A stretch of DNA of 20,000 nt, from IMG/VR virus record IMGVR_UViG_2061766007_000468. One strand, written 5' to 3'. Shown one piece after another: positions 1 to 9,156 of this stretch (position 1 is the first letter of the stretch; each line of letters starts with the position of its first letter). The stretch comes from an uncultured virus (IMG/VR IMGVR_UViG_2061766007_000468). Lineage: Duplodnaviria; Heunggongvirae; Uroviricota; Caudoviricetes. The notes below the pieces were generated by a model. The model saw only the letters and a list, made by a program, of their open reading frames with translations, made no database searches and was not told the origin of the DNA. A program made the position numbers and the translations under genes.

Positions 1-132
1 CTTGGGACTGGACTACGCCAGGGAAGCGGTAGGAGGCGCGGACGTAGCAGCTCTTCTTGCACGCGGCGCAGTTCTTGCACGAGCCCTTGATGTCTTCCAG
101 GAGTCCGCTGAGACCCTTGTAGGTGTAGTCGC
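1..132 (-). CDS. Internal fragment of GP88-like gene (allelic copy of 6167-7074)
   Basis: Translates DYTYKGLSGLLEDIKGSCKNCAACKKSCYVRASYRFPGVVQSQ, nearly identical to 6660-6845; bounded by window edge and N gap. Confidence 0.8.
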
Positions 133-480
133 NNNNNNNNNNCTTTCCCCTAGCGGAAGCCCTGTGGCGAGTGTGCGAGGAAGTTAGCCCAGAGTAAGAA
201 AGTTAGCGCATTTTGTAACCTAGAATAGAGATTGTTTGAAGTGGAGACAAATACCCAACATAGTGGAAATGTGTCGAGAATGTTGATAAGGTGTTGACAA
301 GTGAAAAAATTAGTTTACATAATGTATGTAATCGGCAATGCTTTTATACTGCTCNNNNNNNNNNAGGAAGTTAGTCCAGAGTAAGAAAGTTAGCGCATTT
401 GGCAACCTAGAATAGAGATTGTTTGAAGTGGAGACAAAATACCAACATAGTGGAAATGTGTCGAGGATGTTGATAAGTTG

Positions 481-510
481 TTGACAAGTGCAAAAATTAG
501 TTTACATAAT
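481..510 (+). promoter_or_regulatory. Sigma70-like promoter (TTGACA-18 bp-CATAAT), allelic duplicate at 294-323
   Basis: Perfect TTGACA at 481-486, CATAAT at 505-510 in AT-rich non-coding DNA; TACAT/ATGTA inverted repeat overlaps the -10. Confidence 0.45.
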
Positions 511-1114
511 GTATGTAATCGGCAATGCTTTTATACTGCTCAAGTGTGCCCCACGATCCCAGACGTGCGCACGTAAGTAAAAAATATTTTTTATGGTCTG
601 CGACGGTCTGGCCATGTTGGGACACTTCAGTCCCGTCGGAACCGTGCCAGTCAGTCGGCGCTGGCGGCACAAAAAAAGCCCCAGGTCNNNNNNNNNNNNN
701 NNNNNNNNNNNNNNNNNNNNNNNNNNNNNNNNNNNNNNNNNNNNNNNNNNNNNNNNNNNNNNNNNNNNNNNNNNNNNNNNNNNNNNNNNNNNNNNNNNNN
801 NNNNNNNNNNNNNNNNNNNNNNNNNNNNNNNNNNNNNNNNNNNNNNNNNNNNNNNNNNNNNNNNNNNNNNNNNNNNNNNNNNNNNNNNNNNNNNNNNNNN
901 NNNNNNNNNNNNNNNNNNNNNNNNNNNNNNNNNNNNNNNNNNNNNNNNNNNNNNNNNNNNNNNNNNNNNNNNNNNNNNNNNNNNNNNNNNNNNNNNNNNN
1001 NNNNNNNNNNNNNNNNNNNNNNNNNNNNNNNNNNNNNNNNNNNNNNNNNNNNNNNNNNNNNNNNNNNNNNNNNNNNNNNNNNNNNNNNNNNNNNNNNNNN
1101 NNNNNNNNAAAATA

Positions 1115-1444
1115 TTAGAAGTGGGGAAGGTCGGTAATGCGAGTAGGGCTGTTGACGTACTGCCAAGCTTGTGTCAAGGTACGTTCGAGAGCTTCCTTGT
1201 TGGAAGACAAGTATGCGGCATTGAATGGGATAGTCCGGAACAGATCCGGATGATGGTTGAAGTGAGCGACCACACGGCCATTTTCGGCCTTGACGACCAC
1301 GGAACCACTGGATACATCGATCAGTCCCATCTGGACAGCACGGTCGAACAGTTGGCGGAAGAGGATCTTCTGGTTATCGATACGGTTTTTTTGTCTACGG
1401 GCTTGGTCCTGGACGTACCAGGCGAGAGGGTCAGCGAAGTTCAT
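1115..1444 (-). CDS. Hypothetical protein (MNFADPLAWY...), allele or paralog of 1574-1918
   Basis: AAGGAG RBS before ATG at 1444; open frame conserved with 1574-1918 apart from an in-frame indel. Confidence 0.8.
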   Translation of the reverse strand: MNFADPLAWYVQDQARRQKNRIDNQKILFRQLFDRAVQMGLIDVSSGSVVVKAENGRVVAHFNHHPDLFRTIPFNAAYLSSNKEALERTLTQAWQYVNSPTRITDLPHF

Positions 1445-1485
1445 ATACAGCTCCTTATATGTATGGTGTTTATCAAAATTCCCCC

Positions 1486-1522
1486 AAAGAAGCACCAGTC
1501 TACCTATGGGTAAACTGGTGCT
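1486..1522 (-). terminator. Intrinsic terminator-like hairpin (duplicate at about 1961-1997)
   Basis: AGCACCAGT(C)TACC...GGTA(A)ACTGGTGCT stem followed by TCTTT on the minus strand. Confidence 0.55.
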
Positions 1523-1573
1523 ATAACCAGGGAGCNNNNNNNNNNGGCTTTCCAACCACGGAGAATAAAAATT

Positions 1574-1918
1574 TTATAAGTGAGGGATGTCGGTAATGTG
1601 AGTAGGGCTGTTGACGTACTGCAAAGCTTGGGTCAAAGTATTTTCGAGAGCGTCCTTGTGACTGGAGAGATAATACGCATTGAACGGAATAGTCTGGAAC
1701 AGATCCGGATGATGGTTGAAGTGTGCGACCACACGGCCAGGTTCGGCCTTGACGATTACGGTTTTTCGGCGACTCGGCAGAGTGGCGATTTCGATCAGAC
1801 CGTCGTGGACTGCGTCATCGAACAGTCGACGGAAGAGGATCTTCTGATTATCGATACGGTTTTGTTGTCTACGGGCCTGGTCATGGACGTACCAAGCGAT
1901 AGGGTCAGCGAAATTCAT
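1574..1918 (-). CDS. Hypothetical protein (MNFADPIAWY...)
   Basis: RBS AAGGAG, complete ORF, conserved with 1115-1444. Confidence 0.8.
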   Translation of the reverse strand: MNFADPIAWYVHDQARRQQNRIDNQKILFRRLFDDAVHDGLIEIATLPSRRKTVIVKAEPGRVVAHFNHHPDLFQTIPFNAYYLSSHKDALENTLTQALQYVNSPTHITDIPHL

Positions 1919-2101
1919 ATACAAGCTCCTTATATGTATGGTGTTTATCAGAATTCCCCAAAAGAAGCACCAGTCTACCTATGGGTAAACTGGTGCTGTA
2001 ACCANNNNNNNNNNNNNNNNNNNNNNNNNNNNNNNNNNNNNNNNNNNNNNNNNNNNNNNNNNNNNNNNNNNNNNNNNNNNNNNNNNNNNNNNNNNNNNNN
2101 N

Positions 2102-2562
2102 GCATCGAACTGGCCGGACTTGATGTACTGGATCGCATCGACGAGTTTCGTTCTGGCCAACTCAGTGGATTCATGCCTAATACGTACATCATTACCAGAT
2201 TCGGCAACGGTGAGGCAGTTTACCATCTCGTCAGCGTCTTCGTCATATGCATTGACATAGACATAGATTTCGTCTTGTCTATTGAGATATGACACAATAA
2301 CTTTGAAGTTGGTATAATCGTTATACCTCTTGTCCTTTACAGTGACCGTCAGCTCGGTTCTGTCTTCCTTGCGCATATTATTGTAATGGATGAGGATATC
2401 ACGATAGTTTGCGTTAATATGGTGCCAGAATTCTTCGAAGAAGGCTTTCTGCTTCTTCTCGGTATTTTCGAGTTTTTTGGTGGTTTTTTCGGTATCGGCT
2501 TCTACTGCGTTGAGCAGATCGCTGAGGTTCTGTACGATTTTGGTGACATTCTTGTTAGCCAT
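2102..2562 (-). CDS. Hypothetical protein with coiled-coil-like N-terminus (MANKNVTK...), 3' end in gap; allelic 5' end at 2646-2675
   Basis: AAAGGAG RBS, repeat copy upstream at 2611. Confidence 0.8.
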
Positions 2563-2791
2563 GATATGATCTCCTTTGGTTGTGGGTGCCCTTAGTATAA
2601 TTATGTAGCGCAGTCCCGTCTGGGCTGTGCCAGTCNNNNNNNNNNGACGATTTTGGTAATATTCTTGTTAGCCATGATATGATCTCCTTGGTTGTGTGTG
2701 CCCTTAGTATAATTGTGTAGCGCAGTCCCGTCTGGGCTGTGCCAGTCCCTGGTTTTGCTGGGCGANNNNNNNNNNAGTTTCCGGAGGCCAG

Positions 2792-2824
2792 AAAAAAGCC
2801 GAGACGGAGATCATCCGTCCCGGC
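2792..2824 (-). terminator. Intrinsic terminator downstream of tRNA-like RNA
   Basis: GCCG-GACGGA/TCCGTC-CGGC stem followed by TTTTTT on the minus strand. Confidence 0.7.
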
Positions 2825-2845
2825 CAACCAGGGAGCTATAGAATT

Positions 2846-2965
2846 TAGTAGTCTGAACCGGAGTCGAACCAGTAACTACGGATCGGGTTCCCAGACAGAT
2901 GTTGCTAGCTAGTCTATCTGGCTGATTTTTCCGTCCGTCGCATTTACCAATTAAGCTATCAGACC
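2846..2965 (-). ncRNA. tRNA-like RNA with a 51-nt structured segment replacing the anticodon loop (interrupted tRNA or tRNA mimic)
   Basis: Acceptor GGTCTGA/TCAGACT, TA-GCTT-AATTGGTAA-ATGC D arm, ACGGA/TCCGT anticodon stem, ACTGG-TTCGACT-CCGGT T arm, 3' A-CTA; no assignable anticodon. Confidence 0.75.
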
Positions 2966-3113
2966 GGGTAAAATATAATAAAGGGAAGCCGGTGAACGAA
3001 CCTCCTGCATGGTTAAAAAATATTTACCGACGGTGGCGGTGTGTTGTGGCTGGGTGTGTTAGTCCCAGGCCACCGTCGGCTGCCCTCAGGGAGTAGGGCA
3101 AATNNNNNNNNNN

Positions 3114-3437
3114 CTGGAGGAGCATGAGGAAGCACTTGACCGCCATGTCGTAGGGGTCACGGCACGTCTTGCAGAACTTCCAAGAGTCGACGCCTATACG
3201 GTCGCCCATTCTGGAGTCCTTGCACAGATCGAACTCGAATCCTTCGCACGTGCCATTGAGGCAGATGGTATCGCCGAGCGTGACGGACGAGATCAGTCCG
3301 GCCTTGATTTCCCCAGACATGACAGCGGAATTGAAGGTAGCTCTGACCTTTTCCATCTGGTCGAGCATTTCCTTGGGGAATTCGACGGTTTCGTTTATTT
3401 TCTTGAGGTTCGGTTTCCAGTAGTTAGTGTAACCCAT
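3114..3437 (-). CDS. Conserved phage/plasmid hypothetical protein (MGYTxYW...FCKTxRxPYD type), 3' end in gap
   Basis: Motifs MGYTNYW and WKFCKTCRDPYDMAV recalled from an uncharacterised mobile-element family; RBS and repeat upstream. Confidence 0.75.
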
Positions 3438-3512
3438 GATTAAATCTCCTTTTGGTTGTGTGTGTGGAAAGAATAACCCGGCAGGGCAGTCCCGCCGGGC
3501 GGCGGCCAGTTC

Positions 3513-3920
3513 CTAGAACTCTTGGATCTTGTCGTCGACCGTCATCAGAGCTTCGAAGTCGGTACCACCGTCCAGATCGGCGATGTCGTCGATATGGTTC
3601 TGGAAGAATTTTTTAAGCCAGCTGGCTTCACGTGCCGTGAGAACCAGGGTGCTCTTCGGAACATCGTGCTCGACGATACTCAGGCAGAAGTCGCCGAACT
3701 GGTAGCCGTTGAGCTTGACGCAGTCGGCAGCATTGATATGCTCGGTATGGGCATGGTTAGGCCATTTGTTGAATTCGTCGATCTCTTCGTTCATACGATC
3801 GGCGACGAACTTGGCCGCTGCCTTCTTGGACGTGAACAAAGGCGGATAGGACAATGTGTCCGTGCCCATGCAGACACGCTTCATTCCGGACACTGTGTAA
3901 AATTTTCTTTTCTTAGCCAT
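3513..3920 (-). CDS. Hypothetical protein, 135 aa
   Basis: Complete ORF between repeat copies 3964 and 3487, RBS AACCAAGGAG. Confidence 0.85.
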   Translation of the reverse strand: MAKKRKFYTVSGMKRVCMGTDTLSYPPLFTSKKAAAKFVADRMNEEIDEFNKWPNHAHTEHINAADCVKLNGYQFGDFCLSIVEHDVPKSTLVLTAREASWLKKFFQNHIDDIADLDGGTDFEALMTVDDKIQEF

Positions 3921-3989
3921 AATGAATCTCCTTGGTTTGTGCGGAAAAAATAACCCGGCAGGGCAGTCCCGCCGGGTGGCTGCCAGTTC

Positions 3990-4757
3990 CTAGAACTTGA
4001 CGACTTCCTTGTCATCCGACAGACGAGCAGCGTCATCTGCATAGCCGGGGCCAACAGGGATCGCTCCCTTTACCGGGTTCTTGGATCCGTTCGGCAGCTT
4101 TTTAGCTGAAGCTAGATAATTTGCCATATGTTCCTCGATCGTTTCGAACGGGACCTTTGGGTTGTCCACCCGGCTGCGGATGACAGCCGACCAGAGGTGT
4201 CCTACACGTACGAGGGTGACGTCATAGCCATCCAGCTCGAACGACGGCTGTTTGGCCAGCCAGAAGCACAGCGTTTCGCCGTAGCCAGCGTGAGACGGGA
4301 TCTTGAAGAACCCGGAGTCCTCGAAGTACTCGGCGACGGACATGANNNNNNNNNNGCGGCTGCGGATGACAGCCGACCAGAGGTGTCCTACACGGACGAG
4401 GGTGACGTCATAGCCATCCAGCTCGAACGACGGCTGCTTGGCCAGCCAGAAGCACAGCGTTTCGCCGTAGCCAGCGTGAGCCGGGATCTTGAAGAACCCG
4501 GAGTCCTCGAAGTACTCGGCGACGGACATGATATCCGGGTGGTCGTCGATGAGGATCGACTCGACATAAAATTTCTTTTTGTCGACCTTGATGCCGTAGC
4601 AGCTGGAGTAAATCTTGAATTCGAGCTTACCCTGCTTGATCTCTTCCTTGAGGGCCGCGACCGCCTTGTCGGTAGCCTGTTTGGCAGAATCTGCCTGGAC
4701 GTGGATCTTGATATCCTTGGTGAGGTTGACGTTTACGATGTAAGTGGGTTTAGCCAT
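3990..4757 (-). CDS. Hypothetical protein (internal 57-aa duplication across the gap is an assembly artefact)
   Basis: ORF between repeat copies 4807 and 3964; segment MSVAEYF...VIRSR appears on both sides of a 10-N join. Confidence 0.8.
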   Translation of the reverse strand: MAKPTYIVNVNLTKDIKIHVQADSAKQATDKAVAALKEEIKQGKLEFKIYSSCYGIKVDKKKFYVESILIDDHPDIMSVAEYFEDSGFFKIPAHAGYGETLCFWLAKQPSFELDGYDVTLVRVGHLWSAVIRSRXXXXMSVAEYFEDSGFFKIPSHAGYGETLCFWLAKQPSFELDGYDVTLVRVGHLWSAVIRSRVDNPKVPFETIEEHMANYLASAKKLPNGSKNPVKGAIPVGPGYADDAARLSDDKEVVKF

Positions 4758-4850
4758 GATGAATCTCCTTGGTTGAGGGTTGTATAAAGCAAATAATTAT
4801 TCGGAGCAGTCCCGCCCGGTCTTTGCCAGTCGCCGGAAGCGGCTGGATAT

Positions 4851-4882
4851 AAAAACTGGGTCGGAACGTGTCCGACCCAGTT
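4851..4882 (-). terminator. Intrinsic terminator after GP88-like allele
   Basis: 12-bp stem AACTGGGTCGGA/TCCGACCCAGTT running into a T-tract on the minus strand. Confidence 0.75.
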
Positions 4883-4906
4883 GAACCAGGGAGTCAAAAA
4901 TTATTT

Positions 4907-4966
4907 TTAGTGGTCATGGCAAGCGATAACCTTGACCTTGCTGTCGATACAGAGGCGGCAGTTCTC
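4907..4966 (-). CDS. 3' end of a GP88-like allele (ENCRLCIDSKVKVIACHDH)
   Basis: Same peptide as the end of 6167-7074. Confidence 0.8.
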   Translation of the reverse strand, partial: ENCRLCIDSKVKVIACHDH

Positions 4967-4976
4967 NNNNNNNNNN

Positions 4977-5533
4977 AATTCGTTTACACGGTCACAGAAT
5001 CGATCCGCTTCATTGAGGCACGAATTTAATTTGTCAACGATTTCTTTTCCAGTGAGTTGGTAACCACGTCCCATGGTAGGTTGGCTTGTGCTGAAATAGC
5101 CACCTTTTTTGCACATCGTCTTGACATCTTTGTCATTGAGCGCGGTGGACGGAGTACCGAATTCGTCCATAGTGACTAGTACTCGGCCAGTGGTCAAGCT
5201 GATTCCGCACGAGAATCTGCATGCGCCGCCGCCACGAGTGAAGTACACATCAGTAATGCGACGGTCAAAACCCGGCCAGTGGTACCAGCCGTCACTCAGA
5301 AAATATCCTTTCTGGTAATGGTCTTCACGGTTCAGGTACATGTTCTCTTCAAGCATGATGAAATTGTTCGCCTGTAGGGTACGGAAAATTCTTTCAGCTT
5401 CCCTGAGTTTCGGAAGTTTTTTCTTGAACTCTCGCATGATGACGGTAAAGTTCTTTGCCAAAGCGTCGCGCTTTGCCTGTTCCGCGTCAAGTTGCTGCTG
5501 GCGCTTTTTCGCAATCTGTTCGCAAATATCCAT
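4977..5533 (-). CDS. Hypothetical protein (MDICEQIAKK...), 3' end in gap
   Basis: RBS and repeat 5586 upstream; the ORF-track C-terminus beyond the gap belongs to another gene. Confidence 0.8.
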
Positions 5534-5611
5534 GATAGTCTCCTTGGTTGGTTTGGTTGTGTGTGGAAAGAATAACCCGGCAGGGCAGTCCCGCCGGGTG
5601 TCGGCCAGAAT

Positions 5612-6019
5612 TTACTGGGCTGCAGCGACGGTCGCCTTGATCAGTCCAAGCACGTCGTACAGGACCGACTTGGCGTGCATGCCGCTGAGCTTGGTGAACG
5701 CCTTGGCGTATTCGCACGATTCATGGTCAGCCGGGGACACGTAGACCGTGACTTCCCATATGGTAGTGACGAGTTCAGAGTGGTAGTTAAGATGGACAAA
5801 GAGGCGGTCATCGTCGGCCAGCCCGTCGAACTGATCAAACTCGACGATCGCCAAGATGCCATCCTGTTCATTGACCCAGACGCTGCTGGGCACGGCATCC
5901 AGTTCATTGTCGACGAGGTCGGCGATGATGGAGCCTTCGATCTTGCACTTTTTCTGTTCGCGTGTATACTGGTTGGAGCCAGCGAGTTCTTCCATAGTGG
6001 ACATTAGATAATTTTTCAT
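5612..6019 (-). CDS. Hypothetical protein (MKNYLMST...)
   Basis: AACCAAGGA RBS before ATG 6019; lies between repeat copies 6067 and 5586. Confidence 0.8.
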   Translation of the reverse strand: MKNYLMSTMEELAGSNQYTREQKKCKIEGSIIADLVDNELDAVPSSVWVNEQDGILAIVEFDQFDGLADDDRLFVHLNYHSELVTTIWEVTVYVSPADHESCEYAKAFTKLSGMHAKSVLYDVLGLIKATVAAAQ

Positions 6020-6110
6020 GGTACGTCCTTGGTTGAGGTTTCTATCAAACAAATAATTATTCGGAGCAGTCCCGCCCGGTCTTTGCCAGTCACCCGATGG
6101 GGTAGGCAAT

Positions 6111-6143
6111 AAAAAAACTGGGCCGGAACATGTCCGACCCAGT
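6111..6143 (-). terminator. Intrinsic terminator after GP88-like gene
   Basis: ACTGGG(C)CGGA/TCCG(A)CCCAGT stem followed by T-run on the minus strand. Confidence 0.7.
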
Positions 6144-6166
6144 AACCAGGGAGTCAAAAATTATTT

Positions 6167-7074
6167 TTAGTGATCGTGGCAAGCGATAACCTTGACCTTG
6201 CTGTCGATACAGAGGCGGCAGTTCTCGCAGTGCGCCTTGGGATCTGGGTTGAGCTTTGCTTTGCCAGTCTTACCGACTACCAGGTAGGCAGGGCAGTAGC
6301 ACTTGGTAGGCAAGCACATATCCACGCCGTCATCGAAGACGAACGCCTTGACGTTCGGCAGCGAAGAATATTTTTTGTAAGCTTCGACGCCTACGTCGTG
6401 CCAGACGGAGAACAGGATCGTGAAGTTGGGCGGCACGTCGCCGTTTTCGAGGAATTTTCCCACGATATCGTACATTTTCGTGTACAGGTAGAACTTGGTA
6501 TCGGGGAACTGGATAGCGAGGCGGCACCACATAGCCATCTGGCGTTCGTTTTCGAGTTCGCCAGACTGGTTGATACGAGCGATCTTGATGTGGCGACGTT
6601 CGATCTGCTTCGCAAGGTCGGCCTCGACCTTCTTGAGTTCGTGACGGAGNNNNNNNNNNCTTCTTGAGTTCGTGGCGGAGACCCCACGTGTTGATCGCCT
6701 GGGACTGGACGACGCCAGGGAAGCGGTAGGAAGCTCTGACGTAGCAGCTCTTCTTGCACGCCGAGCAGTTCTTGCACGTACCCTTGATGTCTTCGAGGAG
6801 TCCGCTGAGACCCTTGTAGGTGTAGTCGCCGAGCAGCGTCGACCANNNNNNNNNNAGCTGCACAGTTCTTGCACGTGCCCTTGATATCGGCGAGCAGTCC
6901 GTTGAGACCCTTGTAGGTGTAGTCGCCGAGCAGCGTAGACCACGTGGCGATCTTGCCCACCTTGATGTTGCCAGCGAGGCTGAAGCCGTAGGTGTGCTTC
7001 TCGCGGTCGAACGGCTGCACGGTATCGAGGCCGCTAGGTGTGACGGTTTTGGTGTCTTCATGAAACAGTGCCAT
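6167..7074 (-). CDS. Phage GP88-like Cys-rich (radical-SAM-like) protein, assembled as overlapping allelic pieces
   Basis: GNIKVG, CKNCSACKKSCY, RINQSGE, FYLYTK, CPAY and CENCRLC motifs match my recollection of the gene product 88 family; another allelic fragment at 7141-7290. Confidence 0.7.
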
Positions 7075-7335
7075 AGTAAACTCCTTTTGGTTGGCTTGTG
7101 TAGAAATTATATCAGAAAGGGGCAGTCCCGNNNNNNNNNNAGCGCAGTTCTTGCACGTGCCCTTGATGTCTTCCAGGAGTCCGCTGAGACCCTTGTAGGT
7201 GTAGTCGCCGAGCAGCGTCGACCAGGTGGCGATACGGCCTACCTTGATGTTGCCAGCGAGGCTGAAGCCGTAGGTGTGCTTCTCGCGGTCNNNNNNNNNN
7301 CCAGATTTCTGTCAGTCGCCTCGTAGGGACGCCAG

Positions 7336-7363
7336 CAGAAAGACGGCGAAACCGCCGTCTGTC
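7336..7363 (-). terminator. Terminator-like hairpin (duplicate at about 7490-7516)
   Basis: AGACGGCG-AAAC-CGCCGTCT, followed by a short TTCT tract on the minus strand. Confidence 0.5.
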
Positions 7364-7539
7364 GTTATTCTGGAATGATTTTACTCCTAGAGTGTGAACG
7401 AGTTGATGTAGAATACGTCGGCACGTTCGTCGATCTGAACCATNNNNNNNNNNTGAGATTTCTGTCAGTCGCCTCGTAGGGCCGCCATCAGAAAGACGGC
7501 GAAACCGCCGTCTGTCGTTATTCTGGGATGATTTTACTC

Positions 7540-7953
7540 CTAGAGAGTGAACGAGTTGATGTAGAATACGTCGGCACGTTCGTCGATCTGAACCATGGCA
7601 TAGTTCACGTATGCCGGTACAGTGACCATGATTGTGTCGATTTCGCCAGCAGCCAGCCAGTTCTGGAGCTGCTGGATGTACTTCTTGTTGCGTTTCCAGT
7701 TCTTGATGGTCTTGTAGTCCCATTCGCAGCTGTTGACGGAGTTGTGCTTGCATTCGATCACGAGATAGTCCGGACCCGGCTGCTTTGCGGTACGGATCTT
7801 GTCAGCAAATGATTCCTCGATCTCTTGCATGATCTGGATGGCCGCCTCGTTGAGCGATACGGTAGGTTCCCAGCACGCCGGAGCGATCAGATCGCCGTCA
7901 CAGTGATCGGTAGTGTAGCAGATTGCCTGGAAATAAGTTTTCTTTTTAGCCAT
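7540..7953 (-). CDS. Hypothetical protein (MAKKKTYFQ...); allelic 3' end at 7387-7443
   Basis: RBS AACCAAGGAG and repeat 7998 upstream. Confidence 0.85.
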   Translation of the reverse strand: MAKKKTYFQAICYTTDHCDGDLIAPACWEPTVSLNEAAIQIMQEIEESFADKIRTAKQPGPDYLVIECKHNSVNSCEWDYKTIKNWKRNKKYIQQLQNWLAAGEIDTIMVTVPAYVNYAMVQIDERADVFYINSFTL

Positions 7954-8030
7954 GATTGATTCTCCTTGGTTTGTGTGATAAAAATAAAAGAAGGCAGCAG
8001 CCCCGTGAGGCTGCCGCCAGTCCTTACGTC

Positions 8031-8588
8031 TTACAGACTGTCCACCAGGGCATACAGTTGCTTTTCCCATTCCAGGGCGGCCAGCATGAAGTCCTTGGCG
8101 TTCGGGCGCATCCGGTTCTCGGAGATATTGTTTTCAGGGATCTCGAAATAGGTACCGTGTTCATCAGTTTCCCTGTTGATGACCCACAGTCCATCCGGCC
8201 CGATTACAATGCAGTTGGCACTGCCGAACCCTTCACGCGGACGGATCGCGCCGATGCACGTTAGTTGCGTGTGGTTCTTGGTACGGTAAGTGGATGCACC
8301 GAAGGTGTACTCTTCTTTACCCAGCCAGAACTTGCCCATCTTGACAGTCGGAAGAGTCGTAAGCTTGGACACCTGGGCGGCCATCTGTACCAGATCCGGG
8401 GCACGTTTCATGAACTCGTCAAGCTGTTTGCGGTAATCGCGCAGTTCGTCCTCCTGGGCTTTCTTAACGGCCTTGTCGTGTGTTTCCTTGGCCGCTGCCA
8501 GCTTGTTCACCTTTTCGAGGCGCACGGCCATGATGTCCTGTTCGGCTTTCTTGCTGGCGGTACGAGGATCAATTTTCTTTTTAGTCAT
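8031..8588 (-). CDS. Hypothetical protein with helical N-terminus (MTKKKIDP...)
   Basis: ORF between repeat copies 8633 and 7998 with RBS. Confidence 0.85.
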   Translation of the reverse strand: MTKKKIDPRTASKKAEQDIMAVRLEKVNKLAAAKETHDKAVKKAQEDELRDYRKQLDEFMKRAPDLVQMAAQVSKLTTLPTVKMGKFWLGKEEYTFGASTYRTKNHTQLTCIGAIRPREGFGSANCIVIGPDGLWVINRETDEHGTYFEIPENNISENRMRPNAKDFMLAALEWEKQLYALVDSL

Positions 8589-8656
8589 GATAGAATCTCC
8601 TTGGTTTGTGTGATGAAAATAAAAGACCGGAGCAGTCCCGGAGGACTGCCGCCAGT

Positions 8657-8857
8657 CTACTGGATGTTGTGCTGGGTTCTGAACTGTTCTTGCATTTTGC
8701 GGACTTCGTCCCAGGGGACGACACGCAGCGGAGTCAAGTACTCGACCAGAATCCAGTCGCCGCCCTGGAGCAGCGATCGCTTGTAGGTCTTGGTCATACC
8801 TTCTGCCTCGCACTCGATCCAGACGCGCTGCTCTCCGTTAGCGAGCTTTTCGGACAG
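8657..8857 (-). CDS. 3' part of hypothetical protein (...RTQHNIQ)
   Basis: Open frame from gap to a stop adjoining repeat 8633; may or may not continue 8868-9086. Confidence 0.65.
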   Translation of the reverse strand: MSEKLANGEQRVWIECEAEGMTKTYKRSLLQGGDWILVEYLTPLRVVPWDEVRKMQEQFRTQHNIQ

Positions 8858-8867
8858 NNNNNNNNNN

Positions 8868-9086
8868 ATCGATACACCAGCGATACCAGTTAAACACGGT
8901 TTCACAGTTATTTTCTCTGCCGTCCTGATAGTCCGGGTCTTTTTCGTTAATAGGAACGAACGAGTTGAACGACAGAGGAGCCTGGTTGCCCTTTTCGTCA
9001 GCAGGGCCACGAGCCTTCTGCATAAAGAGTTCGACATCGGCCTTCGAGCCAGTCACGGTCAACGTATTAGAACACCAGTTTGGCAT
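8868..9086 (-). CDS. DUF1281/YubB-like protein, N-terminal part
   Basis: MPNWCSNTL start, LSFNSFVP and NWYRWCID motifs typical of this family; truncated by gap. Confidence 0.7.
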
Positions 9087-9156
9087 ATTAACTCCTTGGT
9101 TTGGGTGTATAGGGAAAATGACCCGGCGAGGCAGTCCCGCCGGGTAATCGTCAGTC

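Noticed and set aside
2846..2965. tmRNA or selenocysteine tRNA
   Set aside because: Has a D stem, lacks G3-U70 and a tag ORF, has a short variable loop, and the extra sequence is in the anticodon arm
4167..4530. Tandem duplications or DGR template/variable repeat pairs (also 178-541, 10564-10760, 11880-12190)
   Set aside because: Every duplicate flanks a 10-N join, differences are largely synonymous and not adenine-specific, and no reverse transcriptase is present; strain-mix assembly artefacts
4907..5533. ORF-track fusion proteins read through N gaps (also 12548-12979, 17565-18137, 3024-3437)
   Set aside because: They join pieces of different genes or non-coding DNA across gaps
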